Assembly (NCBI GenBank): GCA_965235115.1
Contig: OZ249436.1
Location: forward strand, 42,348,001 to 42,412,000
Direction of reading: 5' to 3'
DNA length: 64,000 nt
From: Laetmonice hystrix
Lineage: Eukaryota
The position numbers were made by a program, and so were the translations under genes. Below are positions 33,701 to 45,700 of this stretch, piece by piece. The notes beneath the pieces were generated by a model, which was not told the origin of the DNA, ran no database searches, and saw only the letters and a list, made by a program, of their open reading frames with translations. The first letter of the stretch is position 1; every line of letters begins with the position of its first letter.

Positions 33701-36700
33701 CACGTGCAGAACTTTGCAACAACTTAAGTACATAGGGAAATATGCCTACGGACAGGGCCTGGAAATAACAACACAGATATTTTAAAAGCAAACATACATA
33801 AATTGTCCACTTTTTCCACCCAGTTGAATGCTATTTTTGTGAGCTAAAGAAATTATGCGAGAGAATTTTTCTGTTGCTGAAGAACTACATTACAATAGAA
33901 AGGCAAATGACAATCACTTCAAATCTCTACAATGCAATCCTGTAGAATTCAAGCATGTTAAACTCAGCACAGTCTAGCCAGACATGACTGACCATGTGCA
34001 TTCCCAACTCTATAATTAACCTATCTGATATCAAACTCACCAAACTAACTGCCCATGGACCGAGGTCCAAAAACCGTCCTAGGAGATCCAGTGCTCTTAA
34101 CCGATGGACCTGACTGAGTAGCACCTTGAATAGAAGAAATTGCAGGGCATTTTGTTAGTGTAACAAGAGGCAAGATCATGGGATGCAAACTATGCCACAG
34201 AAAATTGTAAAATTGGTTAGGGCAAAAAAAAAGAAATCCTGGTTTCTGGTATATAAAGAACACTTCAAAAGTGGTGTGGTGACAACTGGCTGAAATGGTA
34301 AGCTTCAAAAGAATTATGAAAAATGAACCCATAAACAAGGACCATGATCTTGGCTGACATCGCCTTCAATGCAACACAGCGTTAATGAAATATCCACTAC
34401 AACAATGGTTAGTTTCAACACAAGGTGGCAGCACAATACACATTCATTCTAGGTGAGGGCAAAAAAAAGGCACCGATGCGCTGCTTCTTAAGTGATGCTC
34501 GCGCATACTAGAAATTTGTTTTGCCTTAGCCATAACTGCTAATATCAAAACACTTATTTTAAATGGTGGACAAAACCAGTGTACTCGGAAAATGACCTTT
34601 GGTAAGAGGAAAGCTGTGCAGTCAATATAAATATGCATCATTGTAAAAGGTGGCCTCTTGACTATACATTATGTATGTGCTTTTTAACGTGGGGGGGGGG
34701 GGCTCATTAGGAAAAGAGACCTACTTGTAACACAATTGGCAATTGCTCTGGTGGACTTCTTTTCTCAGAGCCATAGGACAGCCACACTTGGAAGGCAGTC
34801 AGCTGCTCAGCAAAGAATGGGCTGTGCTGGAAGGATTTTCCTTCATTCAGAATACCTGGTAACTGAGACAGACAGAGATCCAATGCCAAGTCCCATGCTT
34901 GCCTGCAAAATAACAAAACCAAATTTAATATTAAGGTTTCTATTTCCAAGGTGTGGTTTTCTTCCTAATGTTAGCAATGCTTATGATTAAACTATTCAGT
35001 TCTATTACGAATAATTAGATCCATATCTCATTCTCTTTTACCCAAATCCATTACTTCTGTACATCCCATAAATTTTTTGTGTCATCTTAAAGTAGACAAG
35101 AATTGAAAATCGCTATTTCGAGGGGGGGGGGCAATCATGGCAAAAGTGCCCTTTTTAAGGTGTCATTTCATCCTTGTGATCAGGGTGCTCTTCCAAACTT
35201 GTTGCATATACTCTACGGCCCCTGTCACCGTGACCATGGCATCATGGACATAATGATGGTGGTATAGCATCCGCTGCATGACCGTGGCTGACGGTGGGCC
35301 CAGGTTCCGAGTTGCCACCCTGGCTTGTTTATTGAGCCACATGGAAATACTGTATTATTTGACTTGTTTCAACAGAGTAAAGAATATTTTAAGGCTAAGC
35401 TAATGGAAAAAAGTCAAACCATCACCAAAATACCGCTGGTCGACTGTCCGACCATGTCGTGGACATGCCAGATCACACGACAAAGTCGTCGGGGCAGAAA
35501 AATGATCTGAACAGATCTGATGATTCAGTCTCACCCTCACCACACCCTCCTTAAACTCCCCTCTGTCAGGAAGAGGTGGAACGACCCATTAAACGGATTT
35601 TCGCGTTTTGTACTGCATGTTTTTGCACCCAACAACAACACAGGACACTATGGACATGCTTGGAAGCGGAAGCGACAGGACGGGAATGACGTCACACAGC
35701 ATGTGTCTCGGAAAATGAGGGCGTCCCCTTAAAGTTGTTGTGGCTACAGTTCCCGCGGTATTTTTAAAAATTCATATCTCTCGTGTTTGTGACCCTAAAA
35801 TTACCAAAATTTCACAGATGAAACATTAAATTATATTGAACAAGGAAATCTTAGTTTAAACATCGATTCTTGTCTCCTTTAAATATTGCAATTTTGAAAT
35901 ATTTGTGAATCTTAAGGCGCAAGAACGTATATAAAACATGCAAATTCACAGAGTTGCGGGAATTACACCAATCCTTGTAACAGAGCAGAAGGTATATTGT
36001 ACCACATTGGGTGTTGATATGTTGGAGGTAGCTTGGGGCTGGAAACTGGTGTACAGTTGTATGCTCTCATGATACGCTCAGCAAGCAAGAAGTTACGGAA
36101 CAGACTGGCCACCAACAAATCTTGTCGGAACAATTTCTGAAAAAGATCTGATCAAAAACAAATGATATGAGTCGATTCTAAATTTAATTTTAAAAAACAA
36201 AATTATAAGCTTACATTTAGGACCAAATACCATTAATAAAATTTACTAGCAACTTTCCTCAACTGTGACCTGAATGCAAACTACATGTATATGTTGTGGA
36301 CATCCAATCACACAACATGCTGGACAGGACCATTAGGACTATTCTTATTGCCTGTTGCATATAAACACAATGTACCATTATGCTCTAAAAAAGATATCAC
36401 ACCACCATAGATCTAGGAAACAGTACCTGTAAAATCTACACAAATGCAACGTCTCACTTTATATGATAGCAGCCTGTGTTATGAAATAACTTCTGTTTAA
36501 GGCAAAAACGTGCGAGATCATACCGGCTTTCAAACCCATCTATACTGACCTCTTGGCAGAGTATTCCAAGCTACGGTGTCCGTGATGGCTGTGAAGATCC
36601 AGTTTAGTTCACCAAGCATTGTTCGCCGATCATTCAACTGGCCAGGAATTCTTATGGAAAGACATATACACCATAGTTGAACATAAGGGCAAAAAGTGAC

Positions 36701-39700
36701 CAACTTCATCATGGCCAAGGGTGACTTTATACCAGCATGGTTTGCATGGAAACAAATACCTATTTCTTTGGTAGATGAGTTCATACACTAAAACAAAGTT
36801 GGTTGGTTATACTTACTTATCAATTACTTCCATTGTAATGCCTGGTACCAAACTGGCTGTATTTTGTAGCACAAACCTGTAATTAAACCAGTTTTATACA
36901 TAATTTAATAATAATTTTTGACCTCACAGATTCTTTTTCAGCAGTTCTTAATGTACTGGAACCCCCAATCGGGAATCGGGGACATCCCAGGCAGTTACCA
37001 CAAGAAGTTCTTTCAAAGTTTGAACATACCGTCGTTTGTATTTTCGTTTCTTTTACATTGCAACTCCTCGCATCGAGGTAAAAAACCATCAGCTTCCGCC
37101 GGTCGTGCGGATCACCCGTTCTCTCGCGAGATCTCCCTCCCGAGATCAGACTGTGGTGTCGCGGTATATTTAGACTTACTAAAACTAAACCAAGTCTCTC
37201 AGTTGGTTCCAGAACACTCCTCGCCTGGTTTTAGGATAAAATCACTACTAGTGAGTCTTGTGGCTGTAGAATGTCTCTGTCCACATATTGTCTATAACAA
37301 TACTCGTTAACTAAACTACTGTAATCTCTACAGTCCAATGTTAGGAACTAAAATTGTGGACGAGTTATGAATGATAAGGTTATTAATGCAGGTCTTCGTT
37401 TTGAAGCAGCAACACAAGTTCGGTAACAGGGCGAGCGTAGACCCGCTTGACGCCATCCCGCGCTGTCTGAACGCGGACCTTGCGGACCTGTTTGTCACTG
37501 CTGGGTAAAGTTTCAATGACACGTGCGTAGGGCCAGTCATTGCGATGGGTGGTGTCCTTGAGGAGCACAAGGTCACCCACTTGCAGATTGCGCTGATGGG
37601 CCTGCCAGCGCTTTCGCGGTTGGAGTGTAGGCAGGTACTCCTTCCGCCAGCGGCTCCAGAATAATTGAGCAAGATGTTGGACCCGTCGCCACTGGCGTCC
37701 ACAGGCGTTTGCTGCATGAGTGAAGTCTCCTGGGGGTGGCCCTATAGGGCTGGACTTCATGGTAAGTATAGCGGCTGGCGAAAGAACTTCAGGGCTGTCT
37801 GGGTCCGATGACACTGCGACCAGAGGCCGACAGTTGATAATGGCCGACACCTCAGCCATGAATGTGGAAAGAAGTTCATGCGTTAGTGGCACCTTCGTTT
37901 CTCGGAGAATGGAGTCCAGGATGCGTCTACTCACACCGATAAGGCGCTCCCAAGCACCTCCCATATGCGATGCATGGGGCACGTTGAACTTCCACTGCAT
38001 GCTGTTCTGTGTGAGATAGGTCTCTAGAGTAGTCTTGTCCATTTCCCTTAGCGCCTCATTCAGCTCTCTTGAGGCTCCAATGAAATTGGTGCCACAGTCA
38101 GAGTAACAGCATTTCACCTGGCCACGTATGGCCATGAACCGGCGAAGGGCGTTGAGAAATGATGAAGTAGTGAGTTCTTCAATCAATTCAATGTGGACAG
38201 CCCTCGTGGCCATGCATGTGAACAACACTGCCCACCGTTTACTGTGGCCTCCAGTGCTGCGTGTCCGCCGAGTAGAAACGGTCCAGGGGCCAAACACATC
38301 TAGGCCGACATGGGTGAAGGGTGGTGAAGGCGTGGTCCTTTCTGGTGGGAGATCTGCCATGCGTTGTGTTGTGTGGACTGCTCGCAGCTTCCGGCAGGTC
38401 ACACACTTGTTCAAGATGTCAGATATTAAACGTTTTCCTCCCACGATCCAGTAGCCCTGCGTGCGGACAGCTCCGGCCGTAATCTGACGTCCCTGGTGAC
38501 GCACATTCTGATGCACGTTGCGCACAATCAAGGTTGCGATGTACTGGCGTTTGTGTAGTAGAATGGGGTGTTTCTCCTTGTCCTCTAGGTCTGAGAGATC
38601 AAGGCGGCCACCAACTCTCATGACTCCGTACTTGTCTAGAAAGGGGCTCAGTTTGTAGAGGGTGCTTCCCTGGGAAACTTTACCATAGCGTTGCAGATGT
38701 TGGATGTCTGACTTGAAGTCGTCCTGTTGTGCTGTCTTGATTATCAGTAACGCGGCACCTTCCATGGTCTCAACTAACCACTCGCTACGGGGACTGACAT
38801 GCAGCTGGTTGGGCGTAGTCTTGGAAGACTTGTAGAGACGAATAAAGTGCATCAGCATGGCGATGGCTTTCACGAGTGAGCTCCAGCTTGAGAAGCGAGT
38901 GAAACGTTTTGAACCAAGATGTTCCTCGGCCTGAGCTGTGACCGTTGCTGCAGTGCGAACTTCAGGGTCATCCTGTGGAGTCACATAGGGTAGGCTGGTG
39001 CACATGTTTACCTGTGAGGCATGCAGAAATCTGGGGCCTTGCAACCATGAAGAGTTCATCAATTCGTGTGCCTTGACGGAGCGTGTTGCCAGGTCTGCCG
39101 GATTGACATCCGTTGAGACGTAGTGCCACTGGGGGGGTGTGCTGGTTTTGCGAATACGTTGCACCCTATTCGCAACATAGACATAGAATCGTCTGGACTC
39201 GTTTTGTACGTAGCCCAGCACCACCTTGCTATCCGTGTAGTAGCTGACTGACGTAAGTTGTATGTCCAACTCGTCAAGAATGGTGTCCGCCAGTTCCACT
39301 GCTAGAACTGCTGCGCACAGTTCCATGCGGGGAATTGTTATGGGCTGAGCTGGTGACAGCTTAGCTTTCCCAGCCACAAACTGGACTGTGACCCTGTCTT
39401 TGTCGTCGCATAGGCGTAGGTATCCACAGGCTGCGATTGCTTCTGTAGATGCGTCACAGAAGACATGTAGCTCACGATGAGAGTTGAGTGACATGGGATG
39501 TTTGCAGTAGGCTCGTGGGACGTAAACCTCGGCGAGGTCCACGAGAGAGGTGCACCACCTTTCCCAGCGCTCCCTGAACTTGTCCGGCAATGGCTCGTCC
39601 CAGTCGAGTGGCTTGCCATCTGGTCCAGCTGTCGTCATCTGGCGCAAGAGAATTTTTCCCTTGATGATCACCGGCGCGGCCAAGCCGAGAGGGTCGAAAA

Positions 39701-42700
39701 TACCATTTACCAGGGATAGAACGCCTCGCCTTGTGTAGCATTTGTTGATGTCAGGAGCTTTGAAGACGATTTGATCGCTATGAAGATCCCAATACACACC
39801 AAGTGAGCTCTGTATTGGAAGGGTGTCAGCACTAAGGTCCAGGCTCCGTAGGCTGGGTGCATGTTCAGACTGCGGAAAGTGCGACATTACTTCCATGCTG
39901 TTTGAGGCTATTTTGTGAAGATGAAGGTTGGCTGTTGCCAGCATCTCCCTGGTACGCGTCAGGAGATCTATGGCCTTTTCTGCTGTGGGAAGACTTGTCA
40001 GCCCATCGTCGACATAGAAGTTGTGCTCCACAAACTGTCGTGCGTCCGCGCCGAACTTGCTTTCATTGAGCTCCGCGGTCTTGCGCAATCCATAGGCTGC
40101 GATGGCAGGGCTTGGACGATTGCCAAAAACATGGACCTTCATACGGTGCTCACAAACCTCCTTATCAGGGTTGTTGTCCTTGAACCATAGGAATCTTAGC
40201 CAGTCGCGATGGTCCTCTTGTACATAGAAGCAGTAGAACATGTGTTCCACATCGGCCATGATCCCAACAGGCTCCTGGCGGAATCTGAGGAGTACTCCAA
40301 AGAGCGAGTTGTACATGTCTGGACCTGTAAGGAGTGCCTGGTTGAGTGATTTTCCATTCCAGGTGGCGCTGCTGTCAAAGACTATACGTAGGTCTTTAGG
40401 TTTGCGGGGGTGGAACACGCCAAAATGAGGAAGGTACCACCGAGGGCGAGACTCTCCAGTGTTGGAACCTGGATTGATGGCTTCAGCATGATCCCTTGCG
40501 AGCAGCTTGCCCATGCATTCCACATACCGCTGCTTCAGTGCTGGATTTTTATTGAAGAGCTTGCAAAGACACTTGAGACGATTCATTGCCATGCACCTGT
40601 TGTTCTCCAGGGAGACGGTGTGTTTGAAGGGTAGAGGGGCGACCCAGTATCCTCTGTCATCCTTGACAAACACATCCCGCATGATTGTCATGAATTGTCG
40701 GTCCTCGTTCGACAGACCAGGTTTATCATCATTCTTTGTTTTGATGAACACATCTCGGCCTATGCTGTCTTCTGTTTTGCAGCTACTGTTAATGTCTGGC
40801 AGAGTGCCGGATAGCGAGTGTGAGTCAGTGACAGCATCATCGCGTAGAAGGATGCGATTGGAACAAGGAGAACAGAGAGATGGTCTCCCATTGTCAACAA
40901 TGTGGGTCCGGTAGACGTCGATTTTGTCAGGCTTGTGCATTCCCTTGAGGCAGATGTCCCCCACAATGACCCAGCCGAGATCAGTACGTTGTGCCCACGG
41001 AGCATTTGCTGGTCCATTACGCGACTCCCTAACTTTAAGAAGTTGTGGTGCATCCCTGCCGATGAGTAGCATGATTTCCGCCTCTGCGCGGTAAGGTGGG
41101 ATTTTAGTTGCGATTGGGCGCATGTGACTGTAGATTTTAGCGACATCAGCAGTGGGAATCTCAGACCGGTTGCTAGGGATAACGTTACATTCTGTGATTG
41201 TCGGAAGCGGCAACTGCGTGGTGCCATCGATGGACTCAATGACCAGATCATTTATACGCCTCCCTAGTGCAGCACTTGAGCCCGCACATGTTCGCAGTTC
41301 ATAAGGGATAGGCTCATTGTGACAGTTAAAGTAACTAAAGAGTTTACTGCTGGCGAGGGAACGGTTGGACTGGTCGTCCAGTACTGCATACATGGTGAGG
41401 ACTTTGGTTGGGTTTTTGGCACTGTAGACATTGACTAGACATATTTTGGAGCATGACCTGTTGCTAAACCCACTCTTGGCACAGATCTTGGTGCAATTGT
41501 TGACAATCTTCACTGGCTCCCCGCCGTAGACTTGGCGGGACCCAGATGCTTGAGTTTTACCTTGAGAGCATGGGTGAAGCACCGAGCAGTGCTCAGTACT
41601 GTGGCAGTCAGAACACTGTATGCGCTCGTTGCAGTCGGCAGTTACATGTTGAGTTGATGCTGTACACCTGTTGCAAATTCCCCACTGGGTGAGAAGTTGC
41701 ATCCTGGTATCAATGGACTTTGCTTTAAAGGCTCTGCAGTCAGCTAGCAGGTGATTTTTAGTGTTATGGAGCATGCAAGCTTGCCTTGGGTCCATCAATG
41801 ACTGCGTGCTGTGTGAACCGTACCTTTCCGGTTTCCTTTGTGAAGTGTCATTCGATGCACTGGGTCTCACGTTCGTCTTGTTGACCCGAACTGTACCATA
41901 GGTTGGTCGTGTGCCTCTAGTTGGACGACACACGTTGCTTGGAGCAAACCGGGGTGCTTTTGTTGTAATTGGAGTGATTTGCAGGCTCAGGTCATTCCAG
42001 ATATTGGATAATCGTCTGAGAAAGGCTGCTAACTCAGAAAATGGGGGAAAGCTTCCTCTATACAACTCCTTATACTTGAAGGCTTCGGCCCTCCAATTGT
42101 CCACTACAGGCGGTGGAAGTTTGGCTACGATAGGTTTAATAAACTGAGGCGTATCCAACGCTGCAAGTCCACCAAGAGAACCATCATTTTTAGCTGCTTC
42201 CACTTCCTCGACTATGTCGCTAAATCTCTGCAAGCCTGGCCCATCCCGTGATGCCACAGTAGGTAGTTGCTCCAGCTTCCGGATGAGTGCTTGCGTTACA
42301 GCTTCATCACTACCGAAGCGCTGGTATAGACGTCCCCATGCTTCACTTAGACCTTTGTCCGGATTGGCTATATATGCCCTACTAAGCCGCTTCACCATCT
42401 GTTGAGCCTCAGACCCCTCAGCCATGTGCTCAGCCATCAGATTTAACTGTTCATCTGAAGAGAGTGGAACATTTTTTATCATGTTGCAGAAGGATAATCT
42501 CCAAATCCTGAAGTCCTCTGCTTTGTCCTCAAATTTAAAGATTTTAGAAGATACCAAGTCTTGCCGTAGTAAATACTCGCCAAGGTTTTTCATGGACGAA
42601 ACCATAGCTGCACTTCCCTCGCCTTCCACTCGTTGCATTTCATGTGGGTAGGTGGGAGAGGAGAGATGTGGAGAGACACAGCCTGCAGTCTGCCGAGTGT

Positions 42701-45700
42701 AGGCCTGGTCAGCTGCTGTGCGTGGTTGATGACTGATCCCTGGTGCAGTCATGGGTGGCATAGTTGGTGACGTGGTGTTACCCTGACACGGCATGTTTGA
42801 GACAGCTGGTTGCATTATAGATGGGTACGCAGATGATGAGAGACGTGGCGAAACTTGGCCTGTAGTCGGCTGAGTGCGAAACTGGTCAGCTGCTGGGTAT
42901 GGTTGATGACCAATCCCTGGAGCAGTCATGGGTGGCATGGTCGGCGACATGGCGTTACCCTGACGTGGCATACTTGAGACAACTGAAGGTTGTGTTATAG
43001 GTGGGTACACAGATGATGAGAGACGTGGCGAGACGTGGCCTGCAGTCGGCTGAGTGCGAAACTGGTCAGCTGCTGGGTATGGTTGATGACCAATCCCTGG
43101 TGCAGTCATGGGTGACATGGTTGGCGACATGGCGTTACCCTGACGTGGCATACTTGAGACAACTGAAGGTTGTGTTATAGGTGGGTACACAGATGATGAG
43201 AGACGTGGCGAGACGTGGCCTGCAGTCGGCTGAGTGCAAAACTGGTCAGCTGCTGGGTATGGTTGATGACCAATCCCTGGTGCAGTCATGGGTGACATGG
43301 TCGGCGACATGGCGATACCCTGACGTGGCATGCTTGAAACAGCTGAAGTTTGTGTGGTTGACATACCTGTGGCAAGTGACAACTTCTGTGGAGATTCATG
43401 ACATGGGCTGTGATAATGCTCATTCATGGCTGCTGTGGTTGTGAAAACTTCATTATACTGGCTGGGTGCTGACTGTCCCATGTCCAGGTCACCCATGTAC
43501 ACTGTGCCCTTTGTGGGTGAGACACCCGTCACTGAGTCTGAAACCTGTCGATCAGCAGGTAAGTCAATGTTTGGCGTACTGACCTTAATAGGTTGTCCCT
43601 GAGCTTCATCAGTACCTGAGAACATTAGGTCCACCTTTTCAGCCGGTGTAGGTAGCTGAGACACGGGCATGCACTCATCGACGCCTCCACCTTCAAGTTC
43701 ACAGAACGCTTCCTCGATAGCCCGGAGCCGTGCGTCTGCTACCGCCGCTTCTTCCTCGAGATGTAACCGCTCGACCTCTAACTGGCGTGCCGTGGCTTCC
43801 AGTTGAGCCTGAGCCAACCTACCTCCGCTGGCTGCTCTAGTTTTGGCTTCCGCAGCCTTAGCTCGAGCTTCCGCTATGACAGTTGATGACTGTGATGAGC
43901 TGGATGAGCCGGTATGCGACCGTGAACAGCGAGATGCTGACATCGTTCCGGGCGATAATGGGTGTGGTTAGCTGTGCTACACGTGGTATTCACGTGGTTG
44001 GATTGTTGGCGCTCGACTCGGCGATGTTTGCTAGGTTTTTTACTGTACTGGAACCCCCAATCGGGAATCGGGGACATCCCAGGCAGTTACCACAAGAAGT
44101 TCTTTCAAAGTTTGAACATACCGTCGTTTGTATTTTCGTTTCTTTTACATTGCAACTCCTCGCATCGAGGTAAAAAACCATCAGCTTCCGCCGGTCGTGC
44201 GGATCACCCGTTCTCTCGCGAGATCTCCCTCCCGAGATCAGACTGTGGTGTCGCGGTATATTTAGACTTACTAAAACTAAACCAAGTCTCTCAGTTGGTT
44301 CCAGAACACTTAACATTCAGCCCTGCGAGGGCACAACAGTGTAGCAGCTTAGTCAGAGTGTCAAATGTGTACTTGCCAGGCAAAATGTATAATGGTTGGC
44401 AGGTCTGATGTTACCACCTTCCTACTTTTGAGAGTATTACAATGGAGTCTGCCTGCAAACTGTAACAAGAAGCAGCCTTTCGTCTGCCTCAAATCTAATA
44501 CTGACCATCTGAGAGCGATCTTGATTGGGGTTGTGAGACAAACAGTGAAGAGGTCAGCTGGTAGCTCGGGGTTCATGGGGAGGAGCTCATTGGCGCTGCA
44601 GGCAGCCAGCTGGATACAATTCTTGACAGGTGCACTGTGTGCCACTGTACTGTTGGAGGCTGAATACCGTGGTCCGTTCATGGTGGCAAGCTACAACATA
44701 GACAAAATCTATCTTAATGGTTTCATCACTATGAAAATCAGGAGAATAGAACTGATCCATAACAAAGAATAACACAACTGATATCATTCAGACCGATTCC
44801 TTCCATTACTCTTTTATAAGTCTCTCAGTTAGAGGTAAGTCACTTAAAGGAGACATCTAAGAGTTTTCCGACTTGGTAAGGTGCCAACTTTTAATGAGCT
44901 GAGTCACGTGACCGCCGTGACGTAATTTACGCAACCCACTGTAGCTTCTAGGCCGTGCTAAGCCTATAGTAGACAGGCTAGACACGACCACCGTGAAGAG
45001 AAGTTTGACATGTTTAACGTGTCTGAAGACAGCAACAACCCTGTCAAGCCTACTTGTTCAAGAGAGTAAATAAAAGTGGCATCTCTGATAAGTGAAATGT
45101 TTGGATTGTCAGAAGGAGATGAAGAAAAACTGACCTCCATTTCCTGTTCCCGCTGAATTGAAAATTGCCTGAAGGACTCGATGATAATGCCTGCACTTGA
45201 GCAGTCGTAGACATAGATAGAGGGACTCCCCATCCATGTCTGTAGGTCGTATACCGACAGTGGGATGTACTGGGTGTAGCTCTAAAAACATAGCCACATC
45301 AAAATAAAATCAAAAGCATACTGTTCAGCATATAGATTTCACTGTCAAATTTTAAGCTCCATGAAGTAATCAGTAAAATTTATAAAATCCTTAGACCCAC
45401 CTTATTAAAAACCCAGAGTTCACCATTGACAGTTGGCCGGGGTACACCATGACCATTGTAGTGGAAGAGGACACGTTCTTCCTGTTGGCAAAGGGTTAAA
45501 AATACATTTCAATACCTTATTCTTCAAGAAAATAAATTACTAGTAGTACAAATTAATAAAATCAACCTCCGATTCATATAATATGCACTCACTTTTGCAT
45601 TTCTTCTGAGGGAGGTGCATAGTTTTTTGACCTCTTCAACTGTTGGGTCTAGGCTTTGCTTGTACCGGGCTCGAGGCTGCCATCTCTCATACTGACGCTG

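Larger units (their letters stand above)
36952..44308 (-). mobile_element. Full-length BEL/Pao LTR retrotransposon (7357 bp) in RPTOR intron 6
   Basis: Two identical 265-bp TG...CA LTRs (36952-37216, 44044-44308); 5-bp TSD CTTAA (36947-36951, 44309-44313); purine tract AGGCGAGGAG before the 3' LTR; single gag-pol ORF. Confidence 0.98.

Noticed and set aside
30496..36653. Four AAG 3' splice sites in RPTOR (before exons 8, 11, 14, 18)
   Set aside because: AAG acceptors are a normal minority class and the count is too small to call enrichment. No U12-type donors were seen.
36918..37310. Plus-strand ORFs through both LTRs (also 43962-44408)
   Set aside because: Antisense read-through of LTR sequence with non-ATG or flank-derived starts. 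They match each other only because the LTRs are identical.
37720..43444. Numerous short ORFs overlapping gag-pol
   Set aside because: Shadow ORFs of a long coding sequence; no env-like or other extra gene is evident.
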